DNA from: Ginkgo biloba
Taxonomy: Eukaryota; Plantae; Ginkgophyta
DNA length: 15,933 nucleotides
Direction: 5' to 3'
Assembly: GCA_024626585.2 (NCBI GenBank)
Contig: JANKJI020000002.1
Span: 253,384,148-253,400,080, forward strand
Part shown: positions 1 to 9,867 of the stretch, in pieces
How positions within the stretch are numbered: position 1 is the first letter of the stretch
How the letters are laid out: each line of letters starts with the position of its first letter
The notes under the pieces: generated by a model
Told to the model about the DNA's origin: nothing
The model's database searches: none
What the model saw: only the letters and a program-made list of their open reading frames with translations
Made by a program: the position numbers and the translations under genes

Positions 1-669
1 GTTAGGCCCCCATAACAAGAATGGAAAAGGGAAAAATACTATTTGAATAAATCGGGTAGGTGCATATCATAATGGGATGTAACTACTAGTGTGATCATAT
101 TAGATATACTTACTTGTGTTTGACATTGTGCTTAGTTAGTCTAAATTCCTTTAGTCTTCAGGATCAATTAGAAGTAGAATTCCATCACTTTTGAAAGCAT
201 CCTTATTTGGTAGGATGATGTCCATAGGCATACAAATTATGTCTTATATTTTAACTAAAGGAAGAAATTATTATGGCCCCATATTAAAGTGAGGTGTGTC
301 TAGAGGGATCCCCTCATCACAGAGAAGTAGAGTCATTGGAGTATTTTTTATTTCCTTAATGTTGGATTGAAGGAAAGGACCAGGGAAATATTGGTCTTCT
401 CATGGTAAAATAGTTTTCATAATGATGTTGTGAACATGATCAACTTAGGAGGATCTTAATAATTGGCATCCTTCAGGGAGGAATCTAATAAATTGAGATT
501 AGAGTCTTTTATAAAGAGATATTGGTTGAGATTAATGGAAATAAATCCCTTGGTAATACTATTACTTTTTATGACCTTGTCAGAGGTAATGCTAACCAAG
601 GTTATCATATAAAATGAAACATGTGAATTAGGGAAGCTCTAATTTTTTTTACTTTATGAAGATGACCCA

Positions 670-970
670 AATGGAAACATTATATCTCTATAAACAAAGA
701 GAAAGCAATAGATTCCATATCATTTATCTAAGTCCTCCCTAAGATAATGTCATAATCTAATTCCTAATTGATAGCTACTAATTAAATAGTAATTATCTTC
801 CCACTCAAGGTGATAGGGAGTGAGATTTATCCCAATGGTATTTTGTGTAACTTATCATATCCCTAGCAAACCTAGGTTGTAAGTTAGATATTTACAAGAC
901 CAAACAACACAAATTTTATCAAAAATTGAGATAGAAATGGCATTAATGGAATATATAGGGTGAATGATAT
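670..970 (-). mobile_element. Decayed Ty3/gypsy aspartic protease remnant (the element probably extends across much of 1-1400)
   Basis: Minus-strand translation gives GYDKLHKIPLG*ISLPITLSGKIITI*LVAIN*ELDYDIILGRT*INDMESIAFSLF. This matches the plant gypsy protease C-terminal pattern (AFDG...G.I..PI.LGGKT...V.V.D..LDYNLLLGRSW..AM.AVAS). LDYDIILGR lies at about 734-760. The upstream IHPIYSINAISIS sits where the D-T/S-G catalytic motif should be. Multiple stops are present. Confidence 0.7.
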
Positions 971-1422
971 ATATCTAAATAGTTTGGGGTAGGGAGGAGA
1001 CCTCACTTCTATAACAATGTTTATGCCTCAGGGAACCCTGTGCAATGGAATCTACAAGGAATTAAGGGTAGAGAATGGGCATTGCACTTACTAATATCAA
1101 TAACATTCTTGCCATAAATCCTATATAGATTTGAGGATATCTTGGAAGTAATCTTTGTATCAAACTCTGTCTACTCAATGCTTTGATTGTTGATGCATTC
1201 TTTGTTTATATATTGCGGTTTGGGAAAGTGTGAGAGATTAAACTCTTCTTTAGTGCCCAATCTGTTGGTAGTAAGTTGGTTCCCAACTCTTGATGCATAA
1301 ACACTAATGGATTTTGCATGGATATCACTTTAAAATTTTTTTATAGAGATGCCTAATACTTGGAAGCATCATCTCTTTAAAACTGTAAAGGACGTATATC
1401 CTTTGCGTAGTCAAGGTTAAGA

Positions 1423-1773
1423 TGTTAGGCGCATGTTGAAGATAAGGCTTTACAATTATACACCCAATTAGGTGTATAGTAATAGACTAATTAATTACAT
1501 TAAGAAGGACAAGTTGTCTCCCTGTGCTTGGTCACAACCCTAAGCTTTCTCTCCCATATATAATCTCCTAACATTGTATTGTGAGCTCATCATTTGTTTC
1601 CTAATCATTTGGTCATTGAGGACCACCTAATTGAGTCTTCTTTTATTCCAACAACATGAATGTTGCCATCCAATAAAATGTGCATGCATGGTCAAGATTG
1701 TTGATTGTGCAATATCTAGTCTATTCTAGTCCAACCACGTAAGCATACATAGGAACCACTTGTGTACATTACA
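1423..1773 (+). repeat. LTR, probably a 5' LTR (copy 1)
   Basis: Homologous to 4741-5031. Contains TATATAA at about 1557 and AATAAA at about 1672, ends ...TTACA at 1773, and is followed immediately by a PBS-like motif. The left edge is uncertain (candidate TGTT starts at 1423 or 1434). Confidence 0.65.
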
Positions 1774-1774
1774 T

Positions 1775-1787
1775 TGGCATGAGAGCC
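1775..1787 (+). promoter_or_regulatory. Degenerate primer-binding site (tRNA-iMet type)
   Basis: TGGCATGAGAGCC matches the canonical TGGTATCAGAGCC at 11 of 13 positions. It lies 1 nt after the CA that ends the homology with copy 2. Confidence 0.65.
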
Positions 1788-2559
1788 ACCAAAAGTCTTG
1801 AAACCTCCCTGAAGGATTATGGTTACCACTATCAACGTGCCTCTGGATAACCCAACTAATGTTAATTCTGTTGCCATTACAAAAGCCTCAACCAATAGGA
1901 GAAACAAAATTCAAAAGAGAAAAGAAAAGAAAAGAGTATTAATGATATATACTTTTCCTAGTGATTATTAGTATGTCATATCAACCAATTCAAATAACTA
2001 TAANNNNNNNNNNNNNNNNNNNNNNNNNNNNNNNNNNNNNNNNNNNNNNNNNNNNNNNNNNNNNNNNNNNNNNNNNNNNNNNNNNNNNNNNNNNNNNNNN
2101 NNNNNNNNNNNNNNNNNNAAAGCTTGTGTTATCTTTAGTATAAGTGTACAGTAGTAATCTTCTCTCAGGTGTGACCTTAGTCCTCTTAGAAGGGGATTTA
2201 GTAACGATTGTAGTGACACAACTGTTGAAAAATACAATAATTTAAATTCTTCTATAGTCAACCATATCATATATATATATAACTAAATCACCCTTTAGGA
2301 TCAAAGGATTTGCTTTAAAAAAAGGAAAATTTTTAAGAGAATAGATAAGATTCCACCCTATAGTACATCAACATGAATAGCAACCTTGTAACAAAAGTCA
2401 CTTAGCAAGTCGAATGACATAAAAAACAAATGGAGGTCCAAGATGAAAAAAATGATAATCATATAGATCAACTAACATAGATCATCCAATAGTTAGCGCT
2501 ACAACAAAAAAAGAAATCCATTATAGAAAAATCCATGACCATTCACCAACCTAGCATGC

Positions 2560-4310
2560 CCATTAACCTACTTAATAAGGACCCAAATTCATATGAAAGA
2601 CAACGAATCAAAAAGACCATTGATGATTGGATTTACATAATTGAATAATACTTTGCCACTAAAAACATATTTTGATGAAATGCAAATTCAAATTGGTGTT
2701 TATTACCTCAAAGACACAACACAAATATGGTGGCAAGAAAGGGTTCAAGCTAGAGATCAAGGATTCAAAATTCTTCAAACAGGCTTTGTATAATGATTTT
2801 TCACCATTAAAGACTTCGTATCTCAATTGCACAACTTGGAAGACATATCTTGTGGTAGTAAATATTTTGAGATCTTCTTGTCCACATCCATGGAGATTGC
2901 AGGCTTATCAAAGATGAAAAGTTACATACGTTCGTAGAAGGATTACAAACAAAAGTTAAAATAGAGGTAGAAAGAGCATGCCTTAAAACCTATGTAGATT
3001 CCATTTCCATACTAGAATGGATTGGTGTACTTTCTAGCCAAAAATGGATAGTACCCAACCAAAGGAGCAAGGATTTTTAAATAGGAGTAATTCCCATTAA
3101 CCAACTAACACCAGAAATAACCATAGGATTTCAAGAAGTATACACTTTGAGCCCACTGAGAAGGAATGAGAAACCTGCCCAAATAAATGACTTTGTTTTA
3201 GATGTTGAAAACCGTTTGGAACTTGCCCATTCTTTCCACACAATCCTCCTAAGTCAGCCCTTTAATAATCATGTACATATCAACATTACTCAAATAGAGT
3301 AACATTCAAACAAGGTGAAGTTGCATCCATTCCAAAGGAAACATTGAAGATTTGGGTATAGCAATCCTTCTCAACTTAGGGTGTACGTATAGTTTCTTCC
3401 CCACAAAAGTAGTAGACAAACTAAACCTCAAAACCAAGCAACATCCAAACCCTTACACAAATGGTGATATCTATGAATGTAAATCTTACAAGTCAAATTT
3501 AAGATTCAACATCGACTTACATAATGAACAATGTGATTTGGAATCATGTCACAAATAAACACAATGTCATCCTTGATTAAAACTTGTTGTACTCTAGTCT
3601 CGACCATCCAAGTGTCCAAACAAGTATGACGAAAGACCACATGCTCAACAATCATAGTGAGGAAGATCAAGGACACATATGCCCTGGGCCCCAAAATAAG
3701 CAACTACTCATTCCTTGGTGAGTACGCATAAGAATCACAAAACTCCCTCCTACCCGAAAGATTAATAGATCATGCTATTAAATTAGAACTTAACGCCAAG
3801 CCAGTATCACGTCCACCATACTAAACACTTTTGAAACATGTCAAAGAATTGGGGGAATACTAGAAGGACCTCATTGACAACTATAAATTGGACCAAGCAC
3901 TAGTTCATTTGGGTCTAGGTTTAATAATACCCTTGCCATTTTCATGGCCCTTATGAGCAACTTGTTTTGATGGTACCTCAATGATTTTGTAATCATTTTT
4001 ATTGATGACATGTATATCTTTTCAAAATCTCACGAAGGTTATGAAAAACACCTAGAAATTGTATTTCGTATCTAGTAAAATGGTCTCTATATCCATCTTA
4101 AAGAAATAAGAGTTTTTTTATGACTAACTCTTTTGCCTTGATCATATCATATGGAAGGATCACATCATAGTTGATCTAGAAAATATTGAGACAATTCTTA
4201 AATGGCCACAACCCCAAAACATGCTAGACATCCAAACTTAGTCATAGGATTGGCTAATTTGTATCAGAGATTAATAAAATACTTTTCTAAAATTGTCATA
4301 TCATTGTTGA
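2560..4310 (+). mobile_element. Decayed Ty3/gypsy gag-protease-reverse transcriptase (pseudogenised, cut off by a gap)
   Basis: Gag: KTIDDWIYIIE*YF, YYLKDTTQIWWQE (2701-2739), FKQALYNDFSP, TFVEGLQTKVKIEV. Decayed zinc knuckle: CFRC*KPFGTC (3194-3226). Protease: AILLNLGCTYSFFPTKVVDKLNL (consensus about ALIDSGCTHSF). RT: PERLIDHAIKLELNAKPVSRPPY, NNTLAIFMALMSNLF*WYLNDFVIIFIDDMYIFSKS (FIDD at 3998-4009), LDHIIWKDHIIVDLENIETILKWPQPQN, IGLANLYQRLIKYFSKI. Protease followed directly by RT is the gypsy order. Many stops and frameshifts. Confidence 0.93.
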
Positions 4311-4740
4311 TAAATTTATGGGCACCTTGTGGGTCTCACACTCNNNNNNNNNNNNNNNNNNNNNNNNNNNNNNNNNNNNNNNNNNNNNNNNNNNNNNNNN
4401 NNNNNNNNNNNNNNNNNNNNNNNNNNNNNNNNNNNNNNNNNNNTTTTTCTTTGCCTTGAAGAGTGTTTTCGTATTGCATAATGTTATGATTTAGAATATG
4501 CACTTGTCTCTCCGTCTTTTTCGCCTTTGTATTTGACTTAGTTTCCTCCAAATTAATAATAAAAAATTCAAACTATGGTCACTTCATGTGACTAGGCGAT
4601 AAATGATTAATATGAGTTGTTTGGAGGAGTAATGAGGTCACATGAATATTAAATAAAAGATGTGAGCATATCCCAAACTCATTAAAAAGTTCCTCATATT
4701 AAAGATGTAATAATGGTATTGATCTTAAAGACAATGAGTA

Positions 4741-5031
4741 TGTAGTAGACTAATTAATCTTATTAGGTACAAAAAGTTGTGTTCTTACAATTGGACACAG
4801 CCAAAAGTTCTCTGTCCCATATATAATGTCCTAACATTGTATTGTGAATGCATCGATTGCTTATTAATCATCTAGTCATTGAGGACCACCCAATGGAGTT
4901 TTCTCTTATTCCAACACCATGAATGTTGCTATCTAATAGAATGTGCACAAATAGTCAAGATTGTTGATTGTACCATCCCTAGTACACTCCAGCCATGTTA
5001 GTGTACATGAGATCCATCTATGTACATTAGA
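4741..5031 (+). repeat. LTR fragment, same family as 1423-1773 (copy 2; 3' or solo LTR)
   Basis: Shares colinear blocks with copy 1: TAGACTAATTAAT, CCCATATATAAT(C/G)TCCTAACATTGTATTGTGA, GTCATTGAGGACCACC, TTATTCCAACA, CATGAATGTTGC, GTCAAGATTGTTGATTGT, TGTACATTA. Roughly three-quarters identical by eye. No recognisable PBS follows it. Confidence 0.8.
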
Positions 5032-5592
5032 TGTATAATGAGACAATATCAAGTATTTGACCTCTAAAAGTAATGTAAAATAATGACAAACACACTAGGA
5101 TGTTGAAGCACATAATGTCACTTTTTTTAAGGTCAACCTTGAAACATTTGTTCTCACAAACGACATTGAATCCAATTGTCCATTTGATCCCTTTGGATTG
5201 GATGAGAAGAATGACATCTTCTATGAGTAAAAGAATAATAGTTAGGCCTCATGTAGGAAATACTCATCCTCTACTTTTGTAGTCTCTTTGTTGTTTGAGC
5301 TAAAGTCTAAATAATGTGATGGAAAGAGTACACCCTTGATGGGTGCCAATAGTATTGTAATGGATTATGTAAAGCCCACGGAAGGTGTAGAGATGGCCTA
5401 TGACTCTCATATAATGTCATTACAGTTGGATTGGTAATATGTAGAACAACAAGTTTTTGTAATCGCCTCCACAAGGNNNNNNNNNNNNNNNNNNNNNNNN
5501 NNNNNNNNNNNNNNNNNNNNNNNNNNNNNNNNNNNNNNNNNNNNNNNNNNNNNNNNNNNNNNNNNNNNNNNNNNNNATGCACCAATAAAATT

Positions 5593-5761
5593 ACTATGGA
5601 CAATCCAACTTACATAAGGCAAGCCAGCCAACGTGTCATTAATAAGTGTTAATTACTACGGGCAATCCAATGTATACAAGGCAAGCTAGCCAACACTCCA
5701 GTAAAAACACAAGAAATTCTTCACTACGGGCAATCAAACTTACACAAGGCAAGCCAACCAA
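5593..5761. repeat. Diverged tandem repeat: three 39-nt cores with periods of 62 and 68 nt
   Basis: ACTATGGACAATCCAACTTACATAAGGCAAGCCAGCCAA (5593-5631), ACTACGGGCAATCCAATGTATACAAGGCAAGCTAGCCAA (5655-5693) and ACTACGGGCAATCAAACTTACACAAGGCAAGCCAACCAA (5723-5761). Copies 1 and 2 differ from copy 3 by 5 and 6 mismatches, mostly transitions. Confidence 0.9.
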
Positions 5762-6037
5762 AGTGCTAGTGAGAGAATTTAGTTAAGATAGTTTAATTTT
5801 TGATTTAAATTTATCTTTAAATGGTGATTTTGGCAACAATTTAGGCTTCAAATGNNNNNNNNNNNNNNNNNNNNNNACAAAATTGACAATTTTTTACGAA
5901 CAATGGCTACTGTATAATGTTTGACTTGACAATTTCTAGTTATCGTGAGAAAAATGCATGAAAATGCTAAAAAATGAGCTTTCTGGAGTAAATAGTGTGA
6001 ATTGATGAAAAATTAACACTTCAACATAAAATTATAA

Positions 6038-6061
6038 ACTTTCCATCAACAGATGGAAAGT
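6038..6061. repeat. Perfect 10-bp inverted repeat (hairpin)
   Basis: ACTTTCCATC-aaca-GATGGAAAGT. Confidence 0.85.
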
Positions 6062-7959
6062 GAACTAACGAAAATTTCTCTAGGGCACCTGACAAAAAGA
6101 TTTTCATGACAACTGATGGAAATATTTCAAAGGTTAAACTTTATGAAAAAAATTGATTTTTTTTTTTAAGAAGAAAACCTCTCGCCGTTGCCTCGTGCGA
6201 TTCCACTCTGAATCACGATTTTTGTCGTTCGTTCTGTGAGGGCCTCACGACCACAATTTGTTTCACTGTGATTTGTTCGTGATGGCTCTTGCGTCGTTTT
6301 GAAATCGATGAAACTTCGCTTGTGTATCTGATGTGCTCTTTGTATCTGCTCAAATGCCCATGCTTACCTAATTGTGTCGTTCTTCAAATTTGCTAATACA
6401 AGCGCCGTTTCATAGAATGCTTCATGCCCTCCCTCTAGCGCCTAGTGGCCAGAGCTTGTGGCTGTTAACTCGTTCTCGTTCCTACTACACCATAATGTGA
6501 AGCAACTAAAAAAACCTCGACGTGAAGACTTGCTACACCACAATGGAAAGCAATTGAAGAATGATTTCTTTTTACAATGGCTACAAAAAGAACCCCCAAT
6601 CGTTTTGCTCAACGATTTTCACTAACAACAGGGACTGAAAAAAAAAAACANNNNNNNNNNNNNNNNNNNNNNNNNNNNNNNNNNNNNNNNNNNNNNNNNN
6701 NNNNNNNNNNNNNNNNNNNNNNNNNNNNNNNNNNNNNNNNNNNNNNNNNNATTCATAAAATAATAGTTGGATAATTATAAACTCTAAAATCGAGAGATAA
6801 AACATGCTCTCTACAAGTTTCGTTAGTTGATAAAGAAAAACCCCTTTTAAGGTATGACAATGATAAATGATGCCTCCAAAATATTATGAATATATAGGCA
6901 CTAGAAGGAGTAAGGAATGTTTTCTTGGATGTCCATACTAATCTCTAGGATAGTTGCATTAAGGTTGAACACACCTATGCGAGATTAGAACAACTATCCC
7001 AGGAGATTTAAGAATACCAAAATTACCTTATGACCTATATGAATATATCCCACCAAATTCATAGGGAAAGAATTACTCGCCTATAGGATGTTAAATGGGA
7101 AAATCTAGGTTGAGTCATATCAACACCCCAGATATCAAAATCTACTATAGAGGAAGAACAAATTGAGAACCATCTTGATAATCTTATCGACCAAATTTGG
7201 TAGCTCGATATGAAGACTAATGAGGTAAGATTATGTCTTTCAGTATATAAGAAGGAGGATTAGGTTTCCTATGTATTTTAAGAGAAGTATAGGGTCTAGA
7301 AGGAGTCTGTACTCCTAGTCCCAAACATAGACCCTCAAAAGAACATTCTATCAAACCTCCATAAAAAGAATGATAATAATTTTTCTTCGATAAATAGGAT
7401 TCTTCAGAGAATGAATTCAATAACCAAGGAAGGAATTCAAAAGCTATTAGTGCAGCATGCATAGTATCAATGGGAAGTCTTTGATTTTTCTTAAAGAACC
7501 TTCATGATCATATCCACTACATCTACACTAAAGTGCCACCATCTGAAGAGCCAAATCACCCATCCATGTCATAACATTTTTCCATGACCCATATTACATG
7601 TAAGTAATGCTAGTTCAAGGGTCAGATAACGCACAAGAGATATCGTAATAAAAACCCATATGACACATATGGTTTGTATTAGGATATGATGTCATATATT
7701 CCCTACACTATTATATCGTTTTAGACTTTTAATGATAAAAAAATGGTACAATAGGGCCCACACTCTATGTTTCCATTCATTTTGCATTGGACACACTAAA
7801 TCTACACATAATATGCAACATTGCAATAAGTTCCATAATTCTCAAAATATGATGTAGTATACTTGCAACATTTGAAAGTACCCCAAGTAGTTAAAAATTT
7901 ATGCAAAATGATAGATGGATCTTGCAATCTCTTGGTGGCTGGTTATATCTTTGAGGCTT

Positions 7960-8600
7960 TTTTTTTGAATTGCGTGAATATACAAGATGATCCTTAACAT
8001 GGTCTCCATTTATAGTGGATAAGCTCCAAATTCTACCTATATATTGCTTTTGGTGAGTTATTTGTTTGTAACATATTAGCAGGTCAAACTACTAAGGCCC
8101 AACCTATTAATCATTGAACCATAGAGTGTAGTCATGTTGACAGAGTGCCAAATGTTGGGTGATTAGTGGGAATGTTGATAAGTGTAGATGGAAGCATTGC
8201 TTTCCTAGAAGGAAGAGGGAAACATATGCTTTGCAAAGTTGAGTTTGAGCTATAATACACATTAATCTAGGACACAAAATGTATATCCCCTCAAATAGGG
8301 ATGTGATGATACTATTATGTGATTGCAAATATTCAATCTTAGCAAAAAGATTTGGGGTTTTCCCAAGTTTTACATCCATCCATGTCATGTCACAAATCAT
8401 GTCAATGATATGACCAAATTTCCCTCTATGAGGCCCATTTGCAAGAGGGGTTGGGTGGGGAGAAGAATGACATTATCCCAAATAGAAGAAAGGCAATTGG
8501 GACATTATTTAAGAGGCCTTCGCCTTTAACTTTTGTAAGGACCCTATAAGCCTGCTTCAGAACACTTATGCAAAGTCCAAACAAGGTGTGCAAATCAAAT
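7960..8600 (-). mobile_element. Decayed non-LTR retrotransposon (LINE) reverse transcriptase, catalytic and C-terminal part
   Basis: Colinear minus-strand motifs across frameshifts: LHTLFGLCISVL (consensus SPTLFGIYIDEL); PIAFLLFG/DNVILL at about 8461-8497 (ISILLFADDVVLL); ICDMTWMDVKLGKT (FCDLRQLTVNLGKT); GIYILCPR...AQTQLCKAYVSLFLLGKQC (YLGVQFSGPR...RL.KGY.SL.LLERQC); TTLYGS (TVLYGSE); VEFGAYPL*MET at about 8000-8035 (AEFGA.P..LET). Confidence 0.75.
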
Positions 8601-9405
8601 GAGTTAAAGACAAAGTTAAAAATTANNNNNNNNNNNNNCAATGTGAGAGTGGTAAACCTCATAAAAAGATTAGGAAATGATTCATTCTCATTGATTTAAG
8701 ATTGTCTTGCTTGACGTTGAAATACATCATGAAAATAATGAGGGTTTACATCCCTATTTTGTCAACCCCTTATCTAAAACTCTATGATCAAGAAGATGTA
8801 GATTGTTGAGGAAATAAACGAGAGGGAGATCACTGGTAGTAACATAGTAAGAAAGAAATTTTGTGAACATTCATTGGTGTCCAAACATAGGCATAAATGN
8901 NNNNNNNNNNNNNNNNNNNNNNNNNNNNNNNNNNNNNNNNNNNNNNNNNNNNNNNNNNNNNNNNNNNNNNNNNNNNNNNNNNNNNNNNNNNNNNNNNNNT
9001 GATTTATTGGTTGGAAAATTCAAATGGCAACATCATGACCTCTCCATGGCCATTGCACGATTCACAGTCCTCTTGGAACATGAAATTTATGACAGTTCAC
9101 GGCTTTGATATCACATTGAAATTAAGAAACACATAAGAAAAGAGTAATTTGAAAGATCTTCACATGCATTACATGCTGTCACTTGCAATTACATTCCGTT
9201 ACATGATCTCTGTTACATGGCACACTTACATCATGTACGTATATAATGACATTACAACTTCATGGCTTACAGCCGACCTTGACTTGACACTCTTTTCAAT
9301 ATACCATGACGCGTCATTCAAGATAATACATTATTCAACATACTTTTAACTATAGACAAATTTAGAAAATGTAGTAGTGTCATTAATTCTAACATTGCGA
9401 TAGTA

Positions 9406-9867
9406 CTACAATTCATCCACAACTGTGTAGTCTCCCAAGGCTTGTCGAATGATCTCCTCAGCAATCTGGTCATCAATGGGTCTCGAGCTAATGGAGCATG
9501 TATCGGTGGGTTGGAAAGGCCGACTGTTGCCTGCCTCACTCGAGTAGGGATCTGTCTGTGACTCTGTAGTCATTTCTGTACAAAAGGATAATGTGTTGCC
9601 CTTGATGACATTATATACCATACCAACTGCTATCCAAATCAGACCTTGGAATTTCTTCAACCTGCTGTCTTTGACCTTAACTTGATCTTTTAGTTTGTTG
9701 ATTTTGTCTTGAAGGTTTTGGATGGTGGACACTGCTGTTCGCAGAGTAGATTTCATTTGACTATTCTCTTCCTGTGATTTAAAAAGTGCATCTTGAAGGT
9801 CTTGTATAATTTTGTTGCTCTTCATGGTGCAATCTTCTAGGATGTCAACTCTAGAAGAACTTTTCAC
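9406..9867 (-). CDS. Orphan ORF: predicted coiled coil, short hydrophobic segment and S/T/D/E-rich tail; unknown function
   Basis: 153 open codons in AT-rich DNA, the longest gap-free ORF in the ORF track. Heptad-like IIQDLQDALFKSQEENSQMKSTLRTAVSTIQNLQDKINKLKDQVKVKDSRLKKF is followed by GLIWIAVGMVYNVI. The first in-frame ATG is at codon 15. No family recognised. Confidence 0.4.
   Translation of the reverse strand: MKSSSRVDILEDCTMKSNKIIQDLQDALFKSQEENSQMKSTLRTAVSTIQNLQDKINKLKDQVKVKDSRLKKFQGLIWIAVGMVYNVIKGNTLSFCTEMTTESQTDPYSSEAGNSRPFQPTDTCSISSRPIDDQIAEEIIRQALGDYTVVDEL

Noticed and set aside
5140-5476. Decayed D/E-rich plus-strand frame as a retroelement linker
   Set aside because: No diagnostic motif, so it cannot be distinguished from chance.
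5593-5761. CRISPR array
   Set aside because: Plant context, no cas genes, degenerate non-palindromic repeats, and short linkers that resemble one another.
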